From contig JAVYWK010000007.1 in NCBI GenBank assembly GCA_038727095.1, forward strand, positions 10,058-74,057: a DNA stretch of 64,000 bases, in the 5' to 3' direction. The translations under genes were made by a program, and so were the position numbers. Each line of letters opens with the position of its first letter. The stretch's first letter is position 1. The stretch is from Thermofilaceae archaeon (GTDB lineage: Archaea > Thermoproteota > Thermoprotei > Thermofilales > Thermofilaceae). Below are positions 40,298-48,583 of the stretch, in pieces. The notes under the pieces are model-generated. The model did no database searches. It was given only the letters and a program-made list of their open reading frames with translations, and was not told the origin of the DNA.

Positions 40298-40345
40298 GTG
40301 ATGAACCAGGCTTGACGGATGCATGACGAGGATCTTGAGTGCTGA
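40298..40345 (+). ncRNA. C/D-box sRNA, predicted guide for Cm34 of tRNA-Leu(CAA)
   Basis: C GTGATGA, D' CGGA, C' ATGACGA, D CTGA; D guide GGATCTTGAGT is the 11-nt reverse complement of the tRNA-Leu anticodon arm. Confidence 0.8.
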
Positions 40346-40509
40346 TACCTTATCCTTGGGCTAAAAAATCAATCCAAGATGTAAATAAATTGAAAAATAA
40401 AGCGAATAAATAGATAGAACATGTGCCTTTTATGCTATATATGATAGCCGAATATTGCTACCTAGTCTTTATACCTTTCATTTAAAAGGTCAGAAGACGC
40501 GGCATCTCG

Positions 40510-41022
40510 ATGAATGAGCAGGGGGGAAGTTCCACGACGCCCCAATACGAAATGTTCAAGGGGCTGCATAGGGCACCCTACAGCCTACTGGAAGCCCTGA
40601 GGAGGGTTCAGGCGGTTTACGGTTACCTACCTCTCGAGGGGATAAAGATGGCAGCCGATTATGTGGGCGTGCCTCTCGCTCAGGCGTACAGTGTCGCGAC
40701 CTTTTACCACCAGTACAGCCTCGAACCAATCGGGAAGTACAGAATACTGGTGTGCATGGGAACTGCCTGCCACTTAAGAGGGAATGGGCTCAATCTCGAG
40801 TTTCTAAGGACCATGCTGAACTTAAAGCCGGGTCAAAAGACTACGCAGGATAGGGCTTTTTCAGTGGAAGAGGCGAGATGCTTTGGCTGCTGCGGTTTAG
40901 CTCCGGTCGTCATGATACTGAAGCCTGACGGGAGCAACGAAATTGTTGGGAGAGCTACGCCCCGCAGCCTTCGAGCGGCCGTGGAGCGTTACCGCAAGCT
41001 TGCGCGGGGTGGTGAAGGTTGA
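40510..41022 (+). CDS. NuoE/HydC-like [2Fe-2S] subunit
   Basis: VATFY, CMGTAC, CFGCCGLAPV. Confidence 0.92.
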   Translation: MNEQGGSSTTPQYEMFKGLHRAPYSLLEALRRVQAVYGYLPLEGIKMAADYVGVPLAQAYSVATFYHQYSLEPIGKYRILVCMGTACHLRGNGLNLEFLRTMLNLKPGQKTTQDRAFSVEEARCFGCCGLAPVVMILKPDGSNEIVGRATPRSLRAAVERYRKLARGGEG

Positions 41023-42992
41023 CGTGGACGTTGCTCGATAGGTGCTGCGAAAAGTGCAGCCACAGTCCGGAGAAGCCGTGCCGCGACTACATCGAGTGCC
41101 GGCTTAACGGGCCGCTCTGCCACAGTGACGAGGAGTGCAGAGAGCGCAGGCGCAGGAGGCTTAAGGAGCTGAAGTACGGGGAGAAGGGTGCGAAGGTAAA
41201 GGTCCCGATGGCTAGCTGCACGCTAGCGACAGGGGCCGAAGGCATCTACAGCGTAGTGCGGAGTACTATTGAAAAACTCGGTTTGGAGGCTACAGTAACA
41301 ATAGCCGGGTGTCACGGGCTGGACTTCATCGATCCTTGGCTGGAGTTCTCAGCTGTAGGAATGCCGACGGCCATCTACGCAAACGTTAGGCCGGGCGACG
41401 TTCCTAAACTCGTTGAAAAGTACTTCGTAAGGCAGGAGGTCGACGGGGCGTTCGCGCTGTGGGAGAGGACAGGGACGGCTAAGGGGGAGGAGAAAGTACC
41501 GCTGCTCAACGAACTGGATTTCTGGAGGAAGCAGGTCAAGTGGGTCTCCCGCAACTGCGGTGTCGTAAACCCGGAGTCGCTTGAAGAGTATGTAGCTGGC
41601 GGAGGATACAGGGGGCTGAGCAGAGCTCTGAAGATAGGGCCTGACGCGGTTATAGACGAGATCCAGAAGAGTGGTCTACGCGGTAGAGGTGGCGCAGGCT
41701 TCCCGACGGGGCTCAAGTGGAGGCTTACAAGGCAGCAGCCGGCGAAGCCCAAGTACGTTATCGCAAACGCTGACGAAGGAGATCCGGGCGCTTTCATGAA
41801 CAGGCTCCTAGCGGAGTCCGACCCCTTCAGGATCGTTGAGGGGCTGACCATCGCAGGCTACGCTATCGGCGCTGAAAGGGGTTTCATCTTCGTGAGAGCA
41901 GAGAAGCCCCTAATGGCGAAGAGGCTTCAAAGGGCTGTTGAGGAAGCGAGGAAGTGCGGTTTGCTGGGTGAAAACATACTCGGTTCAGGCTTCAGCTTCG
42001 ACATAGAAGTCATTCTGAGCGCGGGAGCTTTCGTCTGTGGCGAGGAAACTGCGATGATAGCTGCCATAGAGGGGAAGAGGGCTTGGCCGCGGCAGAGACC
42101 GCCCTACCCCGCCGAGAAGGGGCTCTGGGGGCAACCGACGGCCGTGAATAACGTAGAAACGTTGGCCCACGTTGCGACGATAATGGCGGAAGGGGTGGAA
42201 AAGTTCACCGCGTTGGGTACTGAAAAGAGCAAAGGCACGAAGATGTTCTGCGTAACTGGTTCGGTCAAGAGGGTTGGAGCATACGAAGTTCCGATAGGGG
42301 CTAGCCTCAGGTACCTTGTGGAAGATCTCGCGGGAGGGCCTCCGGATGGAGTGAGAATCAAGGCTGTTCAGATAGGAGGCCCCTCAGGAGGCTGTGTACC
42401 GGCTCAGCTGCTCGATCTGCCGGTTGACTACGAGACGCTGCAATCGGCTGGTGCCATTATGGGAAGCGGTGGTATGGTGGTGATCGGGGATGACAGCTGC
42501 ATGGTAGACGTTGCAAAGTTCTTCCTCACCTTTACTTCCGCTGAATCCTGCGGCAAGTGTATGCCATGCAGAGTGGGGTTGAGGGTCATGTGGAGCATTC
42601 TCGATAAGATCACCCGGGGCGAGGGGGCCGAAGATGACATCACTACACTGCGGCAAGTAGCAGAGACAGTGAAATCGATGAGCCTGTGCGCGCTGGGTGG
42701 TACAGCTCCCAACCCCGTCCTTACAACGCTCCGATACTTCATGGACGAGTACACGGCGCACATTAAGGATAGAGTGTGCCCCGCTAAAGCCTGTTTAGCC
42801 CTAACCAAGTTCATCATCGATGAGGTGAAATGTATAGCCTGCGGGCAGTGCGCCGCGAACTGTCCGGCTAACGCGATTTCGAAGACTGACGGCGGCAAGT
42901 ACCGGATAGACCAGGAGAAGTGTATAAGATGTGGCGTTTGTTTCACAGTCTGCCCCGTTAAAGCAATATCTAAAGCCTCTGGATCGAGGTGA
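41019..42992 (+). CDS. NuoF/HydB-like FMN/NAD(P)-binding subunit with C-terminal 2[4Fe-4S]
   Basis: GRGGAGFPTG, NADEGDPGAFM, CGEETA, ESCGKCMPCR, two CxxCxxCxxxCP. Confidence 0.93.
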   Translation: MTWTLLDRCCEKCSHSPEKPCRDYIECRLNGPLCHSDEECRERRRRRLKELKYGEKGAKVKVPMASCTLATGAEGIYSVVRSTIEKLGLEATVTIAGCHGLDFIDPWLEFSAVGMPTAIYANVRPGDVPKLVEKYFVRQEVDGAFALWERTGTAKGEEKVPLLNELDFWRKQVKWVSRNCGVVNPESLEEYVAGGGYRGLSRALKIGPDAVIDEIQKSGLRGRGGAGFPTGLKWRLTRQQPAKPKYVIANADEGDPGAFMNRLLAESDPFRIVEGLTIAGYAIGAERGFIFVRAEKPLMAKRLQRAVEEARKCGLLGENILGSGFSFDIEVILSAGAFVCGEETAMIAAIEGKRAWPRQRPPYPAEKGLWGQPTAVNNVETLAHVATIMAEGVEKFTALGTEKSKGTKMFCVTGSVKRVGAYEVPIGASLRYLVEDLAGGPPDGVRIKAVQIGGPSGGCVPAQLLDLPVDYETLQSAGAIMGSGGMVVIGDDSCMVDVAKFFLTFTSAESCGKCMPCRVGLRVMWSILDKITRGEGAEDDITTLRQVAETVKSMSLCALGGTAPNPVLTTLRYFMDEYTAHIKDRVCPAKACLALTKFIIDEVKCIACGQCAANCPANAISKTDGGKYRIDQEKCIRCGVCFTVCPVKAISKASGSR

Positions 42993-42998
42993 TGAGCC

Positions 42999-43655
42999 TT
43001 GGTGAAGGTAAAGATTGATGGTAGAATCGTGGAGGTCGAACCGGGCACAACAATACTAGAGGCCGCCGAGAAGGCGGGGATCAGCATACCCAAGCTCTGC
43101 GTAGTACCCGGCTTGTACGAATCATCGAGCTGCCGTCTCTGCGTTGTTAAAACCCCCGCGGGCCGTCTCTTCCCTGCCTGCAACTACCGGGTTTACAGGG
43201 ACGAGGAGTTCATCGCCTCATCACACGATCTCTGGGAAATGAGAAGAGTGAACTTCGAGCTGGTCTTGAAGTTCCACAGGATCGAGTGCTGGCAGTGCGA
43301 GAGGAAGAGCGCTTGCTCACTGGTGGAATTATCCAAGGAGCTCATGGTGGAGGGCATACCCGTGTGCTCTGAGTGCCCGCTGCCGAGAGATGAGTGCTTA
43401 CTTCGTAAAGGCGTGTTGTGCTTAGGGATGATTACCCAATCGGGTTGCAACGCAGAATGTATAGTCGGCGGCGGCGAATGTTGGGGTTGCAGGGGGCCAA
43501 TAGCGAGAGCCGACGTCCTGGAGCGAGCTTTCGAGAGGTACGCTGAGCTGGGCTTCAATTCACGGTTGGTTCTAAGTAAAGCGGAGATCTTCTGGAACTC
43601 GCTGGAAGAGTTCGCGATCGTTAAAAGAGTTGCTAACGAAGGTGGGGTGAAATGA
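42999..43655 (+). CDS. FeS subunit: NuoG/HydA N-terminal [2Fe-2S] and His-ligated cluster fused to C-terminal module of [NiFe] small subunit
   Basis: IPKLC..CRLCVV..PAC; HRIECWQC..C; VCSEC..CLL..CLGMIT..GC..C..CWGCRG. Confidence 0.8.
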   Translation: MVKVKIDGRIVEVEPGTTILEAAEKAGISIPKLCVVPGLYESSSCRLCVVKTPAGRLFPACNYRVYRDEEFIASSHDLWEMRRVNFELVLKFHRIECWQCERKSACSLVELSKELMVEGIPVCSECPLPRDECLLRKGVLCLGMITQSGCNAECIVGGGECWGCRGPIARADVLERAFERYAELGFNSRLVLSKAEIFWNSLEEFAIVKRVANEGGVK

Positions 43656-44938
43656 GCGGTAAGTTGGCTCTATTCATCGAGGAGGTTCCGGCCGTCGCGG
43701 GAAAGGTCAATGTTAAGATCGAGGGGGAGCAAACAAAAGTGAGAGTCGAGTTCGGCGTGGCCCAGGAGCCAAGGTTCTTCGAAAGGTTCCTTAAAGGCAG
43801 ACCAGTAACTCTAGCACCCTGGGTCATGTCGAGGATTTGCGGTGTCTGCAGCCAAGTCCACCTCACGTGCTCGATAGAAGCCGCTGAGAAAGCGCTAGGC
43901 CTGAAACCAAAACCGGAGGTATTCTCGCTTAGAGAGGTGGCGAAGGGCCTCGAAATAGTCCAGAATAACGTCGTTCACGTGCTCATGTCCATACCCGACT
44001 TTACGGGCCACGGTAACGTTGTGGAGTTCTCTAAGGCCCATCCAAGCCTTTTCGGCACGCTCATGGCTGTGAACTCGTCGCTACTCGAGGTTAGTAAGAG
44101 GGTGGCTGGAAGGTTTGTCCACCTGCCTAGCCTGGGGGTGGCTACGCACGGCAAACCGGTAAGCGTGCACGAATTGATTTCAGCCAGCAAAATGCTGAAG
44201 GGCGTCGCAAGCAGCTTGATGGAAACGGCGGAGGAGCTGAGCAAGGTGTGGGGGCCACTTTGCGAGGGCTTTAAGGACCCAGCGCCCACGTACTGCGTGC
44301 TTAACGCGTCGCAGCGGAGGTATCCCTTCTTCTCCGGCGAGTTGCTCTTCTCCGATGGAAGGGTCGTGAGGGCTGGGGAGTACGCGTACGCGCTGGAGGA
44401 GCTCACAAGCCCCTACTCGAATGCCCACTACGTCCTCTACAAGGGGGAACCCTTCTACGTAGGATCAAGAGCCAGGCTTATGGCCTACCGGAGCTTTCTA
44501 CCCAAAGAGATAATCGACCTTGAGAAGACACTTGCCGTGGATTTCTCCAACCCCTTTGATAACGTTAAAGCGCAGTATATCGAAGCGGCGTACGTGGCGG
44601 GCCTATTGGCGGAAACCTTAGACGAGCTAGCGTCGAAGGGTGAGGGAGTGCACCCCCACGTCCTAACGGAGTGCCCCGAGGTTGACGGTGAAGGCGTGGG
44701 ACTGGCCACAGCGCCGCGAGGCGTCCTGATACACCACTACAGGGTTGCTAAGGGGAGGTTGGAGTACGCCAACATCATCACTCCAACCGTTATGAACGCG
44801 AGGCACATAGAGGTCACGGGCGAAGCCCTCGTAAAGTGGGCCGTCGAGAACGGCATAGAGGACGAGGGGCGCATCAAGCGTTTGGTAGCAGCACTCGTGA
44901 GAGCTTATGATCCATGCCTCCCCTGCTCCGTGCACTAG
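43652..44938 (+). CDS. [NiFe]-hydrogenase large subunit (group 3-like)
   Basis: L1 SRICGVCSQVH, APRGVLIHHY, L2 YDPCLPCSVH. Confidence 0.92.
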   Translation: MSGKLALFIEEVPAVAGKVNVKIEGEQTKVRVEFGVAQEPRFFERFLKGRPVTLAPWVMSRICGVCSQVHLTCSIEAAEKALGLKPKPEVFSLREVAKGLEIVQNNVVHVLMSIPDFTGHGNVVEFSKAHPSLFGTLMAVNSSLLEVSKRVAGRFVHLPSLGVATHGKPVSVHELISASKMLKGVASSLMETAEELSKVWGPLCEGFKDPAPTYCVLNASQRRYPFFSGELLFSDGRVVRAGEYAYALEELTSPYSNAHYVLYKGEPFYVGSRARLMAYRSFLPKEIIDLEKTLAVDFSNPFDNVKAQYIEAAYVAGLLAETLDELASKGEGVHPHVLTECPEVDGEGVGLATAPRGVLIHHYRVAKGRLEYANIITPTVMNARHIEVTGEALVKWAVENGIEDEGRIKRLVAALVRAYDPCLPCSVH

Positions 44939-46228
44939 GTGGTTGGAATGAAGGTGGCCTTCTTCTCCTTCGGTGCTTGCGAAGGCTGCAGGTACAGAAT
45001 AGTCGGTGAACTGCACAAGCTGACGGCGCTCCCCAACATCGAAATAGTCAGGGAACCACTGCTGGGGCTCACCGAAGACACCGAGTACGACATCGCCGTT
45101 GTGGAAGGGGCGGTCACAACGCCGGATGTTGAGAAGCTCAAGCGGATCAGGAGTAAGGCGAAGTACTTGATCGCACTGGGCAGCTGCGCGAGACTGGGTG
45201 GGATTACGACGCTGGGGTACAGGTTAGGCCTAAAACTGGAGGAGTACGAGGCTAAAGGGTACGCTGACGCTCTTCCGCTCCACCGATTCGTCAAAATCGA
45301 CAGCCACGTGAGGGGCTGTCCAGCCAGTGTGGACGAGTTGGTCACTGTTCTCAACGCGTTTTCCCTGGGGTTCAACCCCTCGAAGTATGAAAGACGCTTC
45401 GAGTACGAGCGCTTAACCCAGGATCTCGTAATCAGCGATGACTTCCTGAAGCTGGATCCTGGGAAGTGCATAGTGTGTGGAAGGTGCGTTGAGTTCTGCG
45501 GTCTTGTGGAAGCTCACGCGCTAACCCAAGCGTTTAGAGGGTTCCGAGTTATAGTGAGTACACCGGCACAACTGCCCTTCCTCGAGGCGGGCTGCATCAG
45601 ATGCGGGCTTTGCGCTGCATACTGTCCCGTCGCAGCCGTGACGTACAGGAGCGACGTAGAGGAGGCGATCAAGCTGATGCGCGAGGGGGGCACTGCTGTC
45701 GTAGAGACGTACGCACTGGAAAGCGCAGCCACCGCGCTCGGTGTTAAGCCCGGCCAAGTACTCTCACTGCTAACAGAGCTCGGCTTCAGCAGCGCAACAG
45801 TCGTTAACCCCCTCGAGGGAACGCTGAAGTACGACGGCATTGTACCCTTCAGCTCGGCCGAGGAAAGATGGTTAAAGAAGCGTTTCCCGAACGCGCCCGT
45901 AAAGGGGCGCGTCAAGCTTGAAGGTGAGAGAGGCACGGTTATCATAACGGCTTGCGCTGCAAGGAAGGAGGATCACAAGCCGGCTATAACGGCGCACGAG
46001 CTTGTTGAGCTTGCAAAAAACTCTAGGATCACTGTGACCGACCTACCCGAGCAGCCGGTGAACACGAGCAACATCGAGGGTATTAAAGTCGCCGTAGGGC
46101 CAACAGCTTGCGCTAAAGCCGTCGAGGAGTACCTTAAAGGTTCCGTAAGCCGAGTAGTCCTGCAGATCTGCCCAGGAGGATGCTCGCGAGGATCAGGAAG
46201 CCCCTACAAGGTACTGGTTACTAGATAA
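44939..46228 (+). CDS. [NiFe] small-subunit domain + 2[4Fe-4S] + degenerate [FeFe]-hydrogenase H-domain fusion
   Basis: CEGC, VEGAV, LGSCA, RGCP; CIVCGRC and CIRCGLC ferredoxin; ITACAARKED, AITAHEL, QICPGGCSRGSG. Confidence 0.8.
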   Translation: MVGMKVAFFSFGACEGCRYRIVGELHKLTALPNIEIVREPLLGLTEDTEYDIAVVEGAVTTPDVEKLKRIRSKAKYLIALGSCARLGGITTLGYRLGLKLEEYEAKGYADALPLHRFVKIDSHVRGCPASVDELVTVLNAFSLGFNPSKYERRFEYERLTQDLVISDDFLKLDPGKCIVCGRCVEFCGLVEAHALTQAFRGFRVIVSTPAQLPFLEAGCIRCGLCAAYCPVAAVTYRSDVEEAIKLMREGGTAVVETYALESAATALGVKPGQVLSLLTELGFSSATVVNPLEGTLKYDGIVPFSSAEERWLKKRFPNAPVKGRVKLEGERGTVIITACAARKEDHKPAITAHELVELAKNSRITVTDLPEQPVNTSNIEGIKVAVGPTACAKAVEEYLKGSVSRVVLQICPGGCSRGSGSPYKVLVTR

Positions 46229-46370
46229 TCAAAGCGAAAGAATAGTTCTACTCTATTTTAATTCACTTCCTTCTTCGACACACTACCCTAGTGCCTAGCA
46301 GTTACGCTTGGTGTAAAAAAAAACAGGAGAAAAACAATAAATGGCATGTCCTAGACGGCGGCACCTCAGC

Positions 46371-47759
46371 ATGTCCTCAACGCTCAGAGATCTGAGGAGC
46401 TCGTCGCGTGGCTACAAGGTGAGTGTCGTTGAAGGTGCGCTCACAGTGTTCGGCTCAGCGCTGATAAGCCCCATGACAACACCCCTACTGCTGCGCTTGG
46501 GGGCTGACGCGACCACGCTCGCCCTCTACACAGCCGCTGTTCAGGTCTCCACACCCCCTCTTCAGCTAACCGCTGCGGTTCTCCTCGACAGGTTCAGAGA
46601 GAAGCGGCTGATGATCATGACCCTGTTCGCGGCGGTCAGCAGGGCTACCTGGCTTGGCGTACTACTGGCGATTATCGGAGTAGCTGGAGGCGCGCGGGAA
46701 GTCATGCTGCTGCTATGGTTGTCTAACGCTCTAGGCATCTTCGCGGGCCTAGCGTGGACCGACCTGATGGCTGACCTTGTCGAGCCAGAGCGTCGGGGCA
46801 GACTGTTTGCGCTGCGAAACACTATTCACGGCGTCATCAACATCATTGGGCTTGTTCTTGCGAAGTTCATATACGATACGTACGGTTACCCTCAAGGGTA
46901 CGCAGCGGCATTTGGAGTGGGTACGCTCTTCCTACTAGCCGCAGTCCCACTACTGTACATGTACGGTGACCCCGTCAAACCGAGGGGCTCCAACCTCCGT
47001 TTGACGAAGGTTTTCTCGACGCTGAAGAATAGCGAAGTGATAAAGGACTCTGGCGCGCTAGCAACGTGGTCCTTCTCCGTCAACATCGTCGCTGCGATAT
47101 GGAACTACCACTTGTACACAGCGTTCAAGGCTGACGAAAGCTGGTTCACAGCGATCAACCTCGCGGGCGGCATTATCGGCACTCTGGCGAATCCCCCGTG
47201 GGGCAGCTTCTACGACAGGTTCGGGCCCCGAGCAACGTTCCTGATCTCGGGGCTGGGTATAGTCTTTGTTCCAGCGTTCTTCCCTCACCTACCAAGCCTT
47301 CCTGGCCAAATCGCGCTGCAGGTTTACTCCTCGTTCCTCTGGACGGGCTTCAACCTAGCTTCGTTCAACTACGCCATCGCCTACGGGGCTGAGTACAGGC
47401 ACGTCTACATAGCCGTCTACAACACGATACCATCGATACTCGCGGCGGTGGGCACTAGCTTAGGGGCTTGGCTGTACGGCTACGCGGGTCCAGTTGCGTT
47501 CTACGCGTCCTCAATCCTCCGTTTGCTCAGCCTGATCGTCCTATACAGAGTAGCAGCTGCCAGAGGAGCAACGTACGAGGAGCTGAGGCTCGCCAGCCAC
47601 CTTTACCCTCTTTACGTGGCGGGCAGGCAGGCCTTCCACGCCACATACATTGAGTTCATCTACGCCGTACGGCTACTGTACGCCACGCTGACAGTCGCAA
47701 CGCTGCTTGTCTTACTCCTAGCGCTCTACGCAACGGTGCTAAAGCTTCTCGGCTTATGA
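46371..47759 (+). CDS. MFS transporter
   Basis: About 12 TM segments, WTDLMADLVEPERRGR, YDRFGPR motif A. Confidence 0.88.
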   Translation: MSSTLRDLRSSSRGYKVSVVEGALTVFGSALISPMTTPLLLRLGADATTLALYTAAVQVSTPPLQLTAAVLLDRFREKRLMIMTLFAAVSRATWLGVLLAIIGVAGGAREVMLLLWLSNALGIFAGLAWTDLMADLVEPERRGRLFALRNTIHGVINIIGLVLAKFIYDTYGYPQGYAAAFGVGTLFLLAAVPLLYMYGDPVKPRGSNLRLTKVFSTLKNSEVIKDSGALATWSFSVNIVAAIWNYHLYTAFKADESWFTAINLAGGIIGTLANPPWGSFYDRFGPRATFLISGLGIVFVPAFFPHLPSLPGQIALQVYSSFLWTGFNLASFNYAIAYGAEYRHVYIAVYNTIPSILAAVGTSLGAWLYGYAGPVAFYASSILRLLSLIVLYRVAAARGATYEELRLASHLYPLYVAGRQAFHATYIEFIYAVRLLYATLTVATLLVLLLALYATVLKLLGL

Positions 47760-47840
47760 CGAAAATACAGCCGCTATCGTAAGTCTTAGGAGCATCCACC
47801 CGTACGCAGCGTTTTTAAACCGTCGTACAATCGTCACGCT

Positions 47841-48560
47841 GTGCCGGATCTCATACAAACCATCTTAGATAACCTAAGGTTCCTACTCGACGAGTACACT
47901 GCCGCCCTGGCGTATATCTTACCTAGAACATTAGCGATGATTCTCACGTTGATCCTAGGATGGGTTCTAGGCCGCCTACTGGGCAAGCTTGCCGCTGCTA
48001 TCGTCAAGCTCGGGAAGGCTGATGAAGCGTTGATGGCCACACCGTTGGGAGCACACTTGAGCAGAGCAGGCTACACGCTGTCCACGTTCGTAGATCTCGC
48101 CACGCGAGTCACAGTGTACGTTCTCAGCGTCGCCCTGGCGATAAGAGTACTGAGAGTGCCTGAAGCAGAAGTTGTTGCCCAAAATCTGTTCGTTGTGGTG
48201 GGCCGAATAGTCGCTGGAGTACTTGTTTTAATCGTGGGCTTACTTATCGTCGAGAAGATCTTTGAGTTCGTAGGTAGGATCTTCAAGGAGACGAGCGTTG
48301 GGGTTTCAGCTACGATAAACGTCGTGCACGGCATAGCGATCCTACTCATAATAACAGCGGCGTTGTCCTCGGCCGGAGTCGATCTGACGCCAGTAACGCA
48401 CGTAATCGTCGCGTTCGCGCAGGGGGCGGGGATCGGGCTCGGCATCGCAGCCGTTCTGATCGCGATCGCGCTCTATCGTGACGAGCTTCTGAAACTCCTG
48501 GCCTCAATTCGCGGCAAAGTATCAGTGCAGGCGGGGAAGGGAAAAAGCATCGAGGACTAA
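47841..48560 (+). CDS. membrane protein, TM-helix/CmpX (MscS-associated) type
   Basis: LPRTLAMILTLILGWVLGR repeat-like TM pattern. Confidence 0.65.
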   Translation: MPDLIQTILDNLRFLLDEYTAALAYILPRTLAMILTLILGWVLGRLLGKLAAAIVKLGKADEALMATPLGAHLSRAGYTLSTFVDLATRVTVYVLSVALAIRVLRVPEAEVVAQNLFVVVGRIVAGVLVLIVGLLIVEKIFEFVGRIFKETSVGVSATINVVHGIAILLIITAALSSAGVDLTPVTHVIVAFAQGAGIGLGIAAVLIAIALYRDELLKLLASIRGKVSVQAGKGKSIED

Positions 48561-48583
48561 GCTTTAATTCCACCCAGGGCCTA

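Noticed and set aside
44900-44938. Selenocysteine or read-through in the hydrogenase large subunit
   Set aside because: The L2 motif uses ordinary Cys codons and the next gene starts immediately after the TAG
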